Shown: piece after piece, positions 35,224 to 50,591 of the stretch | How the letters are laid out: the number at the start of each line of letters is the position of its first letter | Position numbering within the stretch: the stretch's first letter is position 1 | From: Octopus vulgaris | Taxonomy: Eukaryota | NCBI GenBank assembly: GCA_951406725.2 | Contig: OX597831.1 | Coordinates: 64,356,001 to 64,420,000 of the forward strand | Direction of reading: 5' to 3' | DNA: 64,000 nucleotides | Program-made: the position numbers and the translations under genes | The notes under the pieces: generated by a model | What the model was told of the DNA's origin: nothing | Database searches by the model: none | Seen by the model: the letters and a program-made list of their open reading frames with translations, nothing else

Positions 35224-37869
35224 GTTTAACGTCCGCTTTCCATGCTAGCATGGGTTGGACGATTTTGACTGAGGGCTGGCGAACCAGATGGCTGCACCAA
35301 GGCTCCAATCTTGATCTGGCAGAGCTTCTACAGCTGGATGCCCTTCCTAATGCCAACCACTCCGAGAGTGTAGTGGGTGCTTTTTACGTGCCACAAAACT
35401 ATTTGTATTTGAAATATTTAAAATCTTACAGAGACAGTTACAACAGAAATTCAATGTGTAATCTGATATCAGGATATTTTACAAAATTAACAACATTTAA
35501 ACTTTACCAGCTTTGATAAAAACTGCAAGGGTATTCAAAAAATTTGGAATATTATATATATTGTATTTTTAATTCATTAAATTTAATTATTGCTCATCTA
35601 TTTATTTTCAAAATGTAAATTAACTTACATTAAACTTTACAGTTCTTTGTCGGTCTTGAAATTGGAGAAGAAAGGATGGAAGGAATGAAAGAAAAAGAAT
35701 GAATGAATGAAAAAGTCATGCTGATTATCTTCTTAGAGAGCCAGCAATCTGAAGGCTGCTCTCCAAATTCTCCATAGTAGAAATATCAATGGATACTGGT
35801 TTCCTATTTATATGCAAAATTTAAAGAGTATATTCAATTGAATTACCCATGAGTATAACACTGGAACTTATTTTATCGATCATAGATTAATGAAGGATAG
35901 CATCAACTTAATTAGGATTTGAACTCAAACTCAAAGAACTGAATGTGAACCCAGTCCATCATTTTTTTTTGTTTTCTATATCCACTGCCAAAACTAATAA
36001 TAATGATTAAATTATATAGACACCAAATTGAACTTTGAAATAAGTTTCTGGAAACATAATTCTAAGAATAATAGTATGATCACTCTCTAAAATCATTAGA
36101 GATAATTATTTCATGTTTGCTCAAGAATCGGTAGAAGATTACATCAGCTGAAACCTCTGATCTTTGTACAGTCTGAATTCAAAAGACAATTAGAGTTAAG
36201 TTGATCTTTTACACTACTATTATCAATAAAGAAAAATAATTAGTATGAAATGCAATTAACTACACCACATCTTTAAATATTAGCCTTCTGCCTAAGTGTA
36301 AAGAGGGTGAAATATTCTAGAAAATCAAAAATAATTCAGAAATTATTTCTAAGTCCAGGTGATCTTGAAGTCCTATATTTATGATTAATTACAGTAAGCT
36401 AATTTACTTTTGGAGCATAATGAAAAAATAGGTTTATAATCTGGAAGAGTTCAAAATACTAAAACTATAACTATTGTAACTCACACAGAATACTTTCAAC
36501 ACCAAGCAAAGAAGATGTAATGACCATTACAATATATTTTCAGGTGTAGGTGGGGTTCTGTAATCAAAAAGTTCCTTTCAAAAGCATACGGTTTCTGGTT
36601 GGCACCGTGGACAAATGTCATCTTCTATAGTCTCAACTGAAGTCTTGAGATAAGCAGAAACTGTTGCTGAGTTTCATCAAAGAGACCACTTTCCTGTTCT
36701 TAGACGGTAGGCTTAATCTGTCATCTGATGTAACACCACCACCTGGCTGTTGACTGCCTTTTGTGGGTCCCCTCCATTACAGGTATTGAGGTAAATTCTC
36801 CACTTTAATGATAAACTTCATCTCTTAAGCTCATCAATTTCAGAGGTCATAGTTGCTGGCTGACTGATTAAATAAAACAGTCTTAAATTAAAATTCAGCT
36901 TCCCAACCACATGGTTCCGGGTTCAATCCCACTGCATGGCACCTTGTGTGTCTGTGTTTGTCCCCATACCATCACTTGGCAAATGATGTTGGTGTGTTTA
37001 CATCCCCGTAAATTAGCAGTTCAGAAAAAGAGACCAATAGAATAAGTACTAGGCTTACAAAGAATAAGTCCTGGGATCGATTTGTTCTACTAAAGGCAGT
37101 ACTCCAGCATGGCCACAGTCAAATGACTGAAACAAGTGAAATAAATAAAAGAATAAACGAATAGCTAAATAAATGAGATTGTCAGTTCATCATCATCATT
37201 ATTCAACATCCGTTTTCCATGTTAGGAGGTCTATAGCATAATCAGTAATATGGTAACAGAATTTAAGTCCTACCTGTGGAGCAGTTTCTAATATCAAATA
37301 TCAACACAACACTTTCTCATTCTGGATCTGAGTTCTGCCATCCTTATTTCCCTAAAAAAAAAAATACTTAATAATTAATAGTTATCATAACCGTGATTAG
37401 TGATTGTAATATTAGATTCCTAAAAGCTTTTAAGGTTTGATGCAAAACTCCAGAAGAAGAAGAAGAAGGAAGAAGGGGGATGAGGGAGGATGGCAGCAGT
37501 GGAGGAAGAGGAGGAGGAGAAGAAGAAGAAGAAGAAGAAGAAGAAGAAGAAGAAGAAGAAGAAGAAGAAGAAGAAGAAGAAGAAGAAGAAGAAGAAGAAG
37601 AAGAAGAAGAAGAAGAAGAAGAGGGAGGATGGCAGCAGTGGCGGTCGAGGAAGAGGAGGAGGCAGGGGGAGGAGGAGGAGGAGAAGAAGAAGAAGAAATT
37701 TTGGCAAAAGGACAGCTATTTTAGAGGAAGGTTTAAGTCAATTACTTCAATCCCTTTGCTCAGTTGGTATTTAATTCTAACAAACCCCCAAAAGGATAGA
37801 AAGCTTTATGAAGTCAATGATATTTAGTCTCTCCTTCAAATTTTGATCAGTATAGAATTTGTATGAATT

Positions 37870-40440
37870 ATTTGTATACTAATCAAGTGTTCAACACAAA
37901 TGTTTGTGAAATTTTCTTTGCACTGAAATCAAGGATCTTCAGGAGGTCATTTTCCCTGGACATGAGTGAAGATCCAATTCAAATGTTATTGTCTTGTTTT
38001 AGCTGTCTTGAAAATGAACATTCCTCTGTCTGTTGGTTACTATGATGAACAGGAACATTCTGATGGAATTTCAATGTTGGGAAATATGGATTTCAAGTTG
38101 TCTGAAGGTGTTTTTCTGTACAATGCAGAGAATGCCAAACAATTTTCATAAAAACCTTGTGTTTCAGATGTTTGCATTCAGTATAATGAAGGACCTTGTA
38201 ATACACATTAATGAGATGTTCACACTTTTTGTTTAGCTCATCATCAGAACTAATTATTTTCGATTCACTGAAGAAAGAAATCAGATTTCTAATCTGTTTT
38301 CCTTCTAAACAATGAATCTGTGACCCACTTCGGTCACAACACAGACCATGGGATTGCACCTAGAAAGTTACCCTCCCAGGCACAAGTCAGGGTATGGTTG
38401 TTTATGGAAGACCAGCAGTCGCCCATGCATACCGGCCTCCCCTCTCCACGTCACCAGTGTTATCCAAAGGAAAGGCAACGGCCGATATAGCTTGGCACCT
38501 GTGACGTCGCAACTCATTTCTACAGCTGAGTGAACTGGAGCAACGTGAAATAAAGTGTCTTGCTCAAGAACACAACACGCAGCCCAGTCCGGGATTCAAG
38601 CTCACAACCTCACGATTGTAAGCTCGACGCTTTAACCACTGAGCCATGCTTCAATGTAATATATAGCTGCCATTTTGCAGAGTCTAGTAAGGTGAATATG
38701 CGTGTGCATGTGTTTGTGCGACTGTGTGGTTACCTTCTCCTGATTTATTATAATTCAGACCTCTTCATGGTCCCTTGTCTGTTCAGAGTTTAGATGATCC
38801 AGAACAAAAAGAAATATTTACACCTTTTACTAAGAAATACTAGGTGAGCTGTGGTGCATGCAAGAGATTTGAAATAAGAACATCTACCTTCTCTTCGCTC
38901 AACGAAGACCTCCCAGTGGTAATGCACCCTTCCATGCAACCCGACCTGAACACTAGAAATAGCAGCTGCTTTTCCCCTACCTTAACAATGAGCTCACACG
39001 TCTGACTCCCTCGGCTACCTCGATTGAAAAAAGGCCCAATGCTGCCCTGCCTGCACGCGCGTCACTCCAGCCCCTTCCTCTTCCAGTCAGCCCCAAGTTC
39101 CCGTCAGCTCCCCAGCTCCCCAGCAGCTGACATCATCCCACATGATCTATCATGTCTAGTATGACATACACTTCACTTTCATTCACATTTCTCACACTTC
39201 TATAATCTAAATCTGGGCCCCTACACCTAACTTTTAGTTCATATTCACTAAATTAGTCTCTTATTTCCTGGAAATACATTTTCAGAAACTCAAGAAGATT
39301 CATGGTAATAACAATATTCAGATCTTTTGTTTACTGTTTCAAATGTGTTATTCCAAAGAAATACCAGGAATAGTATTTCCTGATTCCCTGTTTTCTTATT
39401 CAATCTTTCTACCTTTTGCTCTAAATCTATCTATCCAGAACAAACAGATATTAGAACCCAGTTTATGTTTGATTTTCTTCAAATTCTTTCACAGCATGGC
39501 CACAGCTCGTGAGCTGAAACTAGATAAAATGATAAATGAAAATGATAGATCTTGAGTAACAACAAAATGTGATGACTATTTTGTATCAGATATGTTCTTG
39601 GCTCCATCTTTCACTAAAAATGATACTTGAATATTCTATTGAAATGTAGAAACAAAGATAAAAAAGACACATACGCTGAAGAAAGTCAAAGAATTCTATA
39701 ATCTATATTCTCTGTTGCATTTACTCCCACAGTATCCAGGCTCTGCTGCAGAGGAGACATAAATGGCAATCTTATTCAGTTGTGGAGGCACATGGCCTAG
39801 TGGTTAGACTCGCAGTCGAGGGATCGTGGGTTCGAATCTCAGACCGGGCAATGTGTGTGTTTATGAGCGAAACACCTAAGCTCCACGCGGCTCCAGCAGA
39901 AGGTAATGGCGAAACTTCTGCTGACTCTTTCGCTACAACTTTCTCTCACTCTTTCCTCCTGCATCTTGCAGCTCACCTGCGACGGACCGGTGTCCCGTCC
40001 AGGTGGGGAACCTATACACCAAGAAACCGTGAAACCGGCCCTTATGAGCCAGGCATGGCTCGAGAAGGAACAACCAAAAATATCTTATTCAGTTGATGGA
40101 TCACAAACTGAAATCCAGTATAGCATCCTAGCATATTTGAAGCATCATCACAGCAGTTTGATAGAATTTTGTTTGCATTATGGGAATTCCCAACAGTTTC
40201 AAGTAGATATTTTACTCCATGAGAAAAGATGAGGTTGAACTTAATGAAACACTCCACAGCCTCACGTCCAACAATAAAAGTCATAGGATCAGTGTGTAAG
40301 ATGTTTGAGATAGAATTGATATTTATCAAATTATACTCTTTTATTTCATCAAGAATAACACAAAGAATATTTTGTCACATAAATTCAAGAAATTCCTCAT
40401 GACTATTTGCCAGTAGGAATGATCAGTTCCATTTTCCAAG
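37870..40440 (-). pseudogene. Fragmented hAT transposase (ZMYM1/DUF4371 type)
   Basis: LHTDPMTFIV, CDDASNMLGCYTGFQ, VGVNATE..FFDFLQRM, FPNIEI..RMFL..VTN..ECSFS (hAT dimerization domain); split by SINEs. Confidence 0.75.
39782..40073 (+). mobile_element. SINE family C inserted in the hAT transposase
   Basis: TSD atcttattcagtt. Confidence 0.9.
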
Positions 40441-42001
40441 ATTCCAATACCAAAAAAAAAAAAAAAAAGAATTTGAAATTTACTCAAAAGTCTAAAATAA
40501 CTAAACAGCTTCTAACCCAATACTTTTGATTATCTCCAGTGTTCTCCAAGAAATAACAAACCATTGAATTACAGAAGTCACAAGTGTCAACACTTTATGC
40601 CAGTATTCCTACTTTGATTGATAATGTTTGAGTTATAAAGAAACTTTACTTTCAGCTTCTTTATTCCAAATCAATATGGTATTTCATAATTTACAATAGT
40701 AATATTACTTTGTTTTCATTCATTGTATCCTGAGATAGCAAAAGTAGATTGTATCTTAGGACAATAAGTAACATACAAAACTGCACAAACAACCTTTGGA
40801 TGGTGACTAGAGAAACCATTTCCATTGTATATATTCACCATTCTGCATTCACCATTCATATTTGAACATATTCTTCAATAAATACCATATTGGACTTTTC
40901 TCTTCTCCGTTTGTGTGACTTTGAAAGATTTCTATCATGATTCTGATGCGATGACAGCACACTGCAACTTCAGTAATCCACTCTATTAATATTCTTAAAA
41001 TACTATTTTTTTTATGGCCAGGTTCTAATCCAGGCCACAACAACAAAGTCCGCTCACCACACTTATCGGTCCATCATCACTACCTCAAGGTCCTGGATCC
41101 ATTCCAGTAAAAGCAATCAAGTTGTTGTTGTGAGTCTGATGACATTTTCCTCTTCTTACATCACCATGAAGTGGGTACCACAAAACTAATTTGGATGCTT
41201 CTAGTTCAGAGTGGAGAGAAAACTTCCATTGACCAAATTCCCGGTTGCTGGATAGGGAAAAGACCTTCAGCTATGAAGGTTAGCTGTGCATATAAAAATA
41301 AACAGTCCCAGACCAAACTTACCTAGAGGAGTAAACCTAAATGATAAAAAATCCCAGCCTTGAATAGTGGAAGGCTGATGTGTGGTGGATGCAAGCTTCA
41401 ACATACTGATTCATTGGGTCCACACAATTTCTGTTTCACCAAAGGAGATCCTGTCTCAACTAATGAGGAAATGTAATCTCCAGGAGGAGTATGTGACCCT
41501 GTCAGTATTAAGCAATTGAAAGGCCAAAATGACAAGTTCTTAACACTCCATAGCCCCAGATCTGTGTCTTGGAAGGTAAACTCCTTTATTGTTGCAGATT
41601 TGGGTATTTCTTCTCATGGGAAAATTCCCAGCACTAGAAATGATACCAATGGTAAGTCTGCCAAAACTGAATGGTTTGATGCAGGAATGGATGTAGATGA
41701 TGAATGAACAATACTGTGGCTGATATTATATCTGGATTGAATAAGGATGTTGCCTTTGGAAGTTTGCCCATATTTTCCTTCTCAGCTGCTCTTTTCCTCA
41801 GCTATGTCCCACCTAAAACAAAGGGTTATCCACTTGGACAAAAAGAAAAAAAATGTCTAATTTAAAACTCACAGCAACTTATATTGTCCGACTTTTAAGC
41901 TCCTCATTCTAAAAATATGTATTTTTAATAACAACATATATTTAGAGTTTGGCATAGTATAGTATTTGTTTATTGACAGCAAACCACAGCATACATATTA
42001 G

Positions 42002-43234
42002 ATCGTCAAGTATGAAATTTGTAGTAAGGTATATGGTAAACTTTGACAGCTGCTCATTTTGCACCATTATTATATTTTGACAATATTTTTGTCAGAAAGC
42101 TGATACATCTATTTCTTTATTCTAACTCATTTTGCACTTTACAAAGTATTTATAAATCGTTTTATGCTATTTTTGTTTAGAGATGGGTAAGTCGGAAATT
42201 CATACAGTTTTGAAATATGAGTTCTTTCTTGGAAATACAGCATCACAGACAGCTTGAAATATTAATGGAGTATTTCATTCTAATGTTCTTACACAGTAGA
42301 CAGGATCAAATTGGTTTGCAAAATTTTATTCTAATAACTTTGACCTCACAAATGAGCAATGTGGTCGACCAGAAACAAAGGTGGATAATGATGAACTGAA
42401 AGCCCCGTTGAGTCAGATCGATCTCAAAGTCCCCGTGAATTATTGTTGTTGTTTAGTGTTAGCAAGCAAACAATATTGACTCACCTGCTTCAAATCGGCA
42501 AAGTGAAAAAGTTGGATAAGTGGGTTCCACATGAACTCAATGAAAATCAGAAACAGCAACGTTTGGAAGCCTGCATTATGCTACTTTCTCGTCACAAAAA
42601 TGAATCATTTTTTAATCAAATTGTAACATGTGATGAGAAATGGATCCAATACAACAACCGTAAACATTCAGCACAATAGTTGGACAAAGACGAGCCACCA
42701 AAACACAGTTCAAAGAGCAAAATTCACCAAAGCTGATGGTGTGAATTTGGTGGTCTGGCACAGGTGTGATCCATTATGATTTCATTAAACCTGGCTCATC
42801 AATCACAACCAAAGAATACTGCAGTCAACTGGACCAAATGATGCAGAAATTTACCTCGCCCCTACAAAAAAACCAGCCTAGATTAGTCAACAGATCTACT
42901 CCTGTTTTATTGCAAGATAACGCCAGACCACTCATCGCAAAAATGACATTGGCAAAACTGCAGGAGTTGGAGTTGGAAGTTCTCCATCATCCACCATACT
43001 CATCTGATCTTGTCTCCATTGACAACCACTTCTTCCTGAATTTGGATAACTTCCAAAATTTTATTGCATCTAGATTGCCAGGCTTTTACATTTCCAGGCT
43101 GAACAAGCTACCGCTTAAATGGCAAAAGTGTATTGACAATATGGGTGCATACTTTGTTGAATAAAACTACTCCTTACATTTATAAAACATTAACAAACTT
43201 TTTTTTCTTTTCTACAAATTTCATACTTGATGAT
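42002..43234 (+). mobile_element. Mariner element with decayed DD34D transposase
   Basis: TIR atc(g/a)tcaagtatgaaatttgtag; WVPHEL, TCDEKW, QDNARP, HPPYSSDL. Confidence 0.9.
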
Positions 43235-43272
43235 TAGACTGAGTAACAAAATTTTTATTTTATTTTATTTTA

Positions 43273-43304
<32 letters not shown>

Positions 43305-43787
43305 TTTTTTTTTTTTTGGTGTTGTTTCCTATCTGCTTCTATTTAGAAATCAAAGGAAATAACTACTATTCCCTTCAAACTTTGTTTTTGTGATCTGGAT
43401 AGCAATGTTTTCAAACTGACCTATTTTCCATTACATTTTAGATAGATTCAGCACTGAATTGCTAATGCAGAAATATCATTATAGCAAATATTCTGCTTAA
43501 TACCACAGATTTGCTTGACCATAACTAGTTGAGCATGTCTTTTTGTGGCTGGCAATATGTGCATCTCTGATCATGAGTAGGATTAGTGGGGGGGTGCAAC
43601 ATAGCCATGAGTTGACAGGGATTCTATGGAATTTGAATAAATAGCATAGCAAAAGCAAGGTTTGAAGGAAGTGTTAGCCATTTTTCATACTTTGTAAGGG
43701 TTAAGCAAATAGGAAATAACAGTTGCTATCCAAGGACACAAATCGTGTTACACAGTGTTAGCACTGGGTCTCCAACTCCTTCATCAT

Positions 43788-44130
43788 CATCATTGTTCGA
43801 CCGTGGTCGAGACAATGGAATTTACTATGCTACGCCAGACTTCACGGTCCATCATAGCATTACGGAGGTCTTGTTGCTGGATGCCTGTATCCCTGGAGAT
43901 TACATCAGGGTAGGAGAGTGAGCGCCCTCTGGTATTGTGAGTAGATGGCTTCCAGAGGAGAAGAGCAGAAATTGCCTCGTTTTCAGCTCTACAACAATGT
44001 CCAGCAAACTGGACTCTCCTAACTTTCACAAGAGATGACACAGGTGGTAGTTTCCCATATATTTGCATTTTGGTTGGATGACGCTTCCACGAGAGATTTT
44101 GAGCTCTCATAAGGAGGTGAGTGTAGGTTC
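43788..44130 (-). pseudogene. RTE-like LINE 3' end
   Basis: RRVQFAGHCCR..LLLW..RGR..YPDVI..DREVWR with (GAT) tail. Confidence 0.75.
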
Positions 44131-44749
44131 TAACTCCTTGGCCTCCACCCACTCTGAGTAACTGTCCAATATGGCCATGCTTTACACTCACCACAATACA
44201 TCATACTTCACTCTTAAATGCTACAGTCATTACAGCTGATGTCTCCCTGTCAGCTGGATAATAAACTCCCGCATACATTTCATCATACAGCTTTAACTTT
44301 TGTATAAATCTCTCTTTTTGTTATCTATAAAAAAATACTTCCCACTCCTTTGAAACTGGTTTTATTCTACTTGTATTATAACATTACTCATAACAGAACT
44401 GCAGACAGCTTTCAGAATAGATAAGATTGAATTCTTCCCCAATTTTTCTCTTTTTTTTTTCTTTTTATTTTCAGTTGCAAGGATTCTGATAATATTTTCT
44501 TTTTCTTCCCCTTTTTTCTTTTTTTTTTTTTTTCCAGTTTTCTTCACCAAATATTTTATTTTATAAAATATATATAAAAATAATTTATTTTGTTTTCTTC
44601 AGCTTGCTATTTTCTTTCGCCTCCTCTTTCTTCCACTGCTAAGGAAGTTGTTTAGCTTTGTCCATTGACAATAGATTCAATGAATCAAATCTGTGGGCAT
44701 CAATAAAGTCTCACCTCAGCCATTCACCAAGTCAGTAATTTTGTGGAGC

Positions 44750-44802
<53 letters not shown>

Positions 44803-44959
44803 GGGGGAGCTAAATTTTCTATTTACCACAGGAATTTTGGCTGAAGTAGGAAAAGACTCCACCCCTGCCCCAACTCAGACAATTCTGAAAGGATAAGGGT
44901 GAGAAGAAAAGACGAGGGAAACAGCATTAAATGAAGCAAAAAATTACATAAATGCACTA

Positions 44960-45097
44960 TGTGCACACACATACACACATATACATATGCATATACATAC
45001 ATACATACATACATACATACATACATACATACATGCTTACAATCATACATACATATGTATATACACACACAGACACACACATGCATACATGCATACA

Positions 45098-45133
<36 letters not shown>

Positions 45134-45371
45134 TATATATCTACACACAGAGAGACACACACATGCATACATGCACACACACATACATACATATATACAT
45201 ACATACATACATACATACATACATACATACACCCATACATACACACACACACACACACACATACATACATACATACATACATACATACATACATACACAC
45301 ACACAGACATACACATGCATACATGCACACACATGCATACATGCACACACACATACATACATACATACACC

Positions 45372-45402
<31 letters not shown>

Positions 45403-45430
45403 ACATACATACATACGTACGTACATACAT
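44960..45430. repeat. Compound (CATA)n/(CA)n microsatellite
   Basis: Direct reading. Confidence 0.95.
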
Positions 45431-45782
45431 ATTTAATCTTAGATAGCATGTATTTAGTCACATTTAAAACTGAATTTAAGAAAAATTATTTAACAAAAAT
45501 GAAAGAAAAAATGAAAATTGATTAGGAAAGTAGAAAGAGCAAAACAAAAAGATGGAGAGAGGTTGCTAGATGAAGTTGGAGGAGGGCATAGTGTGGTGGG
45601 AAGTGAAGGGAGGGTTGGGTGGAAAATGGTAAGGACAGCTGAATAAGTAACAGAAATAGAGATAAGGGCTATGAAATAGCCCTGGTACAACATAATAACA
45701 GGGACGGAAAAAACTAGAGAGACAGGCAGAGGGAGGTGAGGAAATTGTTGGTTCTATGGGAGTATGTGTGCATAGACCCTGA

Positions 45783-46622
<840 letters not shown>

Positions 46623-46869
46623 CAATCCAGGAATCAAGACCTTAATCTTATAATCATGAGTACAACACCCTAACCACTAAGCTACACGCACACACACACA
46701 CATAAACATACATATACAAACATGCAAATGCACACACGCACACACACTCACACACATACACATATATACATATACACACACACAAATGCTCACATGCATG
46801 CACACACATACACACACACACACACACACATACAGACACAAATACATACATTCATACATACGTACATAC

Positions 46870-46983
<114 letters not shown>

Positions 46984-47300
46984 GTGCCAGTGGAGCGCTA
47001 AGAGCACCATCCTAGCATGATCACTGCCAGAGCAGCTGACTGGCTTCCGTGCTGGTGGCACGTAAAAAGCACCATTCAAACAGGATTGTTACCATCATCA
47101 TCCTTTAATATCCGCTTTCCATGCTAGCATGGGTTGGACGATTTGACTGAGGACTGGCAAACCAGATGGCTGCACCAGCTCCAATCTGATCTGGCAGAGT
47201 TACTACAGCTGGATGTCCTTCCTAACGGCAACCACTCTGAGACTGTAGTGGGTGGTTTGACGTGCCACCGGCATGTGGGCCAGTCAGGCGGTAGGTAGGA

Positions 47301-47336
<36 letters not shown>

Positions 47337-47549
47337 TCTTTTACTCTTTTACTTGTTTCAGTCATTTGACTGCAGCCATGCTGGAGCACCGCCTTTAGTC
47401 GATCAAATCGATGCCAGGACTTATTCTTTGTAAGCCCAGTACTTATTCTATCAGTCTCTTTTGCCAAACCGCTAAGTGATGGGGACATAAACACACCAAC
47501 ATCGGTTGTCAAGCAATGCTAGGGGGACAAACACAGACACACAAACCCC

Positions 47550-47599
<50 letters not shown>

Positions 47600-48319
47600 T
47601 ACGACAGGCATCTTTCAGTTTCCGTCTACCAAATCCACTCACAAGGCATTGGTCAGCCCGGGGCTATAGCAGAAGACACTTGCCCAAGATGCCACGCATA
47701 TGTGTATATACTATCATTCCCATAAAAGTTTTTGCAGCTTTGAATATACACTTCCCCAAATCTTCAACCAGTACACAATTAGATTTGCATTTTGCACTAG
47801 CAGAAACTTGGCCTGAATTATTGCAGTGCATAAAATCTGTGGTGTTAGTAGTGTTGTGGGCTGTGATGGTGCTATGTGGTGTTGGTGGAGGGGATTGCAG
47901 ATGAGGTGGATGGAAGTAAGGCTTGCAGGGGCCGGCGAAAGAGTGACAGGGAGCATGCGTGGTCAGCAAGCACATGTGGTCAGGAAGCACGTGTGGTCAG
48001 TTCCAGAAAAGAGGGCTGAGCGACAAGACGATTTGAATTCGTGAAAGTGACCGCTGATTTCGCCGAGGTAAGGCCTTTTGTATTTCTTTCTCCCATTGCT
48101 TCTTTTTCTGTTGTCTTTTTCCTCCATCACACTACAAAAACTGAAGTACAATAGATAATAGAAATAATAATCATAGTGATAAATACCAAGAACATCAAGT
48201 GGAATGGTTAAATAGTCAATTTGAGGGGATTTTGAAGACAGTACTTGTTGACAACGCAAGGGAAATATAGAGAATACTGGAGTTGAGCAGGGGAAGGGAG
48301 GTAACCGATACATTATTTA

Positions 48320-48930
48320 ACTTAAGTTAGCCACAAGTAATAAACTCTGGACAGAAAAACACACAGACTCAGAAGTATAGCCGGAATGTAAACAACAGAA
48401 GATCTTTGAAAGAAGTTCTAAAGAAAATATAGAAGATAGAAATATGGAGGAGGTATCTAATTCTGATCCCATTAGAGCAGGTAGAGCAAGTATCACTATA
48501 AATCTTTGTAGCTGTAGCAAGAAAATCTGCCCTCTCAATGCACAATGTTTGATGAAAAATATAGTGTACAGGTGTAGGGTAATGTCAGATAGGATTTCAT
48601 TCTGTTATGTAAGAGCATGCTCAACTACCTTCAAGATGAGATTAGCAAATCACCTAGCTTCCTTCAAGGATAGAAAGAAAATGTATTGTACAAGCTTAAG
48701 TGAGTTTATTTGGTCCCTAAAGGAAAGAAACACTGACTTTGATATAAAATGGGAAATTATAGGCAAGGCAGAGCCTTGCATAACTGGGATTAAGAAATGC
48801 AGTTTATGCTCGGGAGACATATTTCATATTTTCATGCCTAAATACCAATTATTAAATAGCAAAAGGAATTGGTTCTAAAATGTGCACATCTTCACAGGAA
48901 AACATTCAAATATTTCCCAGGAAAAAAATT
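48320..48930 (+). pseudogene. Penelope-like GIY-YIG endonuclease relic
   Basis: CSC..CPL..QCL..NIVYRC..FKMRLANHLASF..TSLSEFIWSLK..IKWEII..CSLC..LLNS..CAH. Confidence 0.85.
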
Positions 48931-49596
48931 TTAATTAAGTAATTATCATATTCATTAGAGGTACTAGAGTTTACATGGTAAATATTAGTGCAGTATCTAG
49001 TTTACCTGTGAAGGCGCATGGCTGAGTGGTCAGAGCATCGAGCTTACGATCGTGAGGTTGTGAGCTCGAATCCCGGACCGGGCTGCATGTTGTGTTCTTG
49101 AGCAAGACACTTTATTTCACATTGCTCCAGTTCATTCAGCTGTAGAAATGAGCTGCAACGTCACGGATGCCACGCTGTATCAGCTGCTGCCTTTCCCTTG
49201 GATAACACTGGTGGCGTGGAGAGGGGAGGCCGGTATGCATGGGCAACTGCTGGTCTTCCATAAGCCACCTTGCCCAGACTTGTGACTAGGAGGATAACTT
49301 TCTAGGTGTAAGCCATGGTCAGTGTCGTGACCAAAGGGGGTCCCATATATATCTAGTTTGCCTATATCCTAGTAGCAATTCTCCAACTAATTAGTTTTCT
49401 TTCTAAGTAACACTTCATATATGAAATAATTTATTCTGTATTTAGGAGGACATTATCTATTTGTAAATTTAGGGTTGATTTGTATAGTTAAAACTTCAGA
49501 TTTCACTTTAGGTGGAAGTATTCTAGCATATTTGTGTACCATGGTCTCACAAATAAATTCTGCATATCTTATATTTCTAAATTATATTTGACTTAG

Positions 49597-49827
49597 GGCA
49601 GCGAGCTGGCAGAAACGTAACCACGCTGGGCGAAATGCTTTTGCGGTATTTTGTCTGCTGCTACATTCTGAGTTCAAATTCCGACGTGGTCGACTTTGCC
49701 TTTCATCCTTTCGGGGTCAATAAATTAAGTACCAGTTACGCACTGGGGTCGATGTAATCGACTTAATCCCTTTGTCTGTCCTTGTTTGTCCCCTCTGTGT
49801 TTAGCCCTTTGTGGGTAGTAAAGAAAT
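49597..49827 (+). mobile_element. SINE family A
   Basis: Full length; TSD tatatttgacttag. Confidence 0.9.
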
Positions 49828-50307
49828 ATATATTTGACTTAGTGACCCTTAATTGTATACATCAATCACTGAAATTTATTCCATTTTACTTCGCTTAAGT
49901 CTAGTGGATGAAATATACTCTGACCTAGCTTCGGATCAAGCATTCATAATTTGAATTTCAAACTTTAGGGTCATCTTCAGGTTATTCTGATAACTGGTTT
50001 TGTAACTATTTCCAAATATTCCTCCCTCTCGTTCTTTTCACTCAAAATCCATCATCCCCTACCAAATCTAATATTATCTAAACTGTCATATTTCAGTTTA
50101 GTTAAAACTATAATAGTGGCAACACCTTGGAAAATGCTGCATGGACTCTTAACCAGATGAACAAACTGGATGCAAATGTAAACCACATTGTGAGATTTCC
50201 CTGCAACAGAAATGTATGCCTGACAGATTTAAACTAAATATACTGCATAATCAAATATAATAATAAAAACTGTGTACATGTATTATTCTCTAAAATTATT
50301 TGAATTG

Positions 50308-50350
<43 letters not shown>

Positions 50351-50513
50351 TACTGCATTGAATTATTTATGCAGTATTTATTTCCAGTAATTTGGCGTGC
50401 CTAAACGAGGACTTTTGAAAATAACGGCAAATATAATAGGTGGAACTACATGCATTTTTGACCTCATGTTGATATCTGGCATGAAGTTCTACAAATTATA
50501 TCTTGCAAAGAGG

Positions 50514-50591
50514 ATCACACTGACGATCTACAGATAAATTGTGTTAAGTAAAATTACATAATTTATTGATAGTGAAACATTTCTTTGTGAT
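50514..50591 (+). ncRNA. Degenerate type I hammerhead ribozyme
   Basis: ATCACA-CTGACGA-long stem II-GAAAC-ATTT-CTT-TGTGAT; stem III G mutated. Confidence 0.55.

Noticed and set aside
37863-38236. Duplicated ORFs suggesting host exons
   Set aside because: Antisense frames of a hAT transposase relic.
44823-45525. His/Thr/Tyr-rich ORFs
   Set aside because: Translations of CATA/CA repeats; the same applies at 16.4, 18.4, 46.8 and 52 kb.
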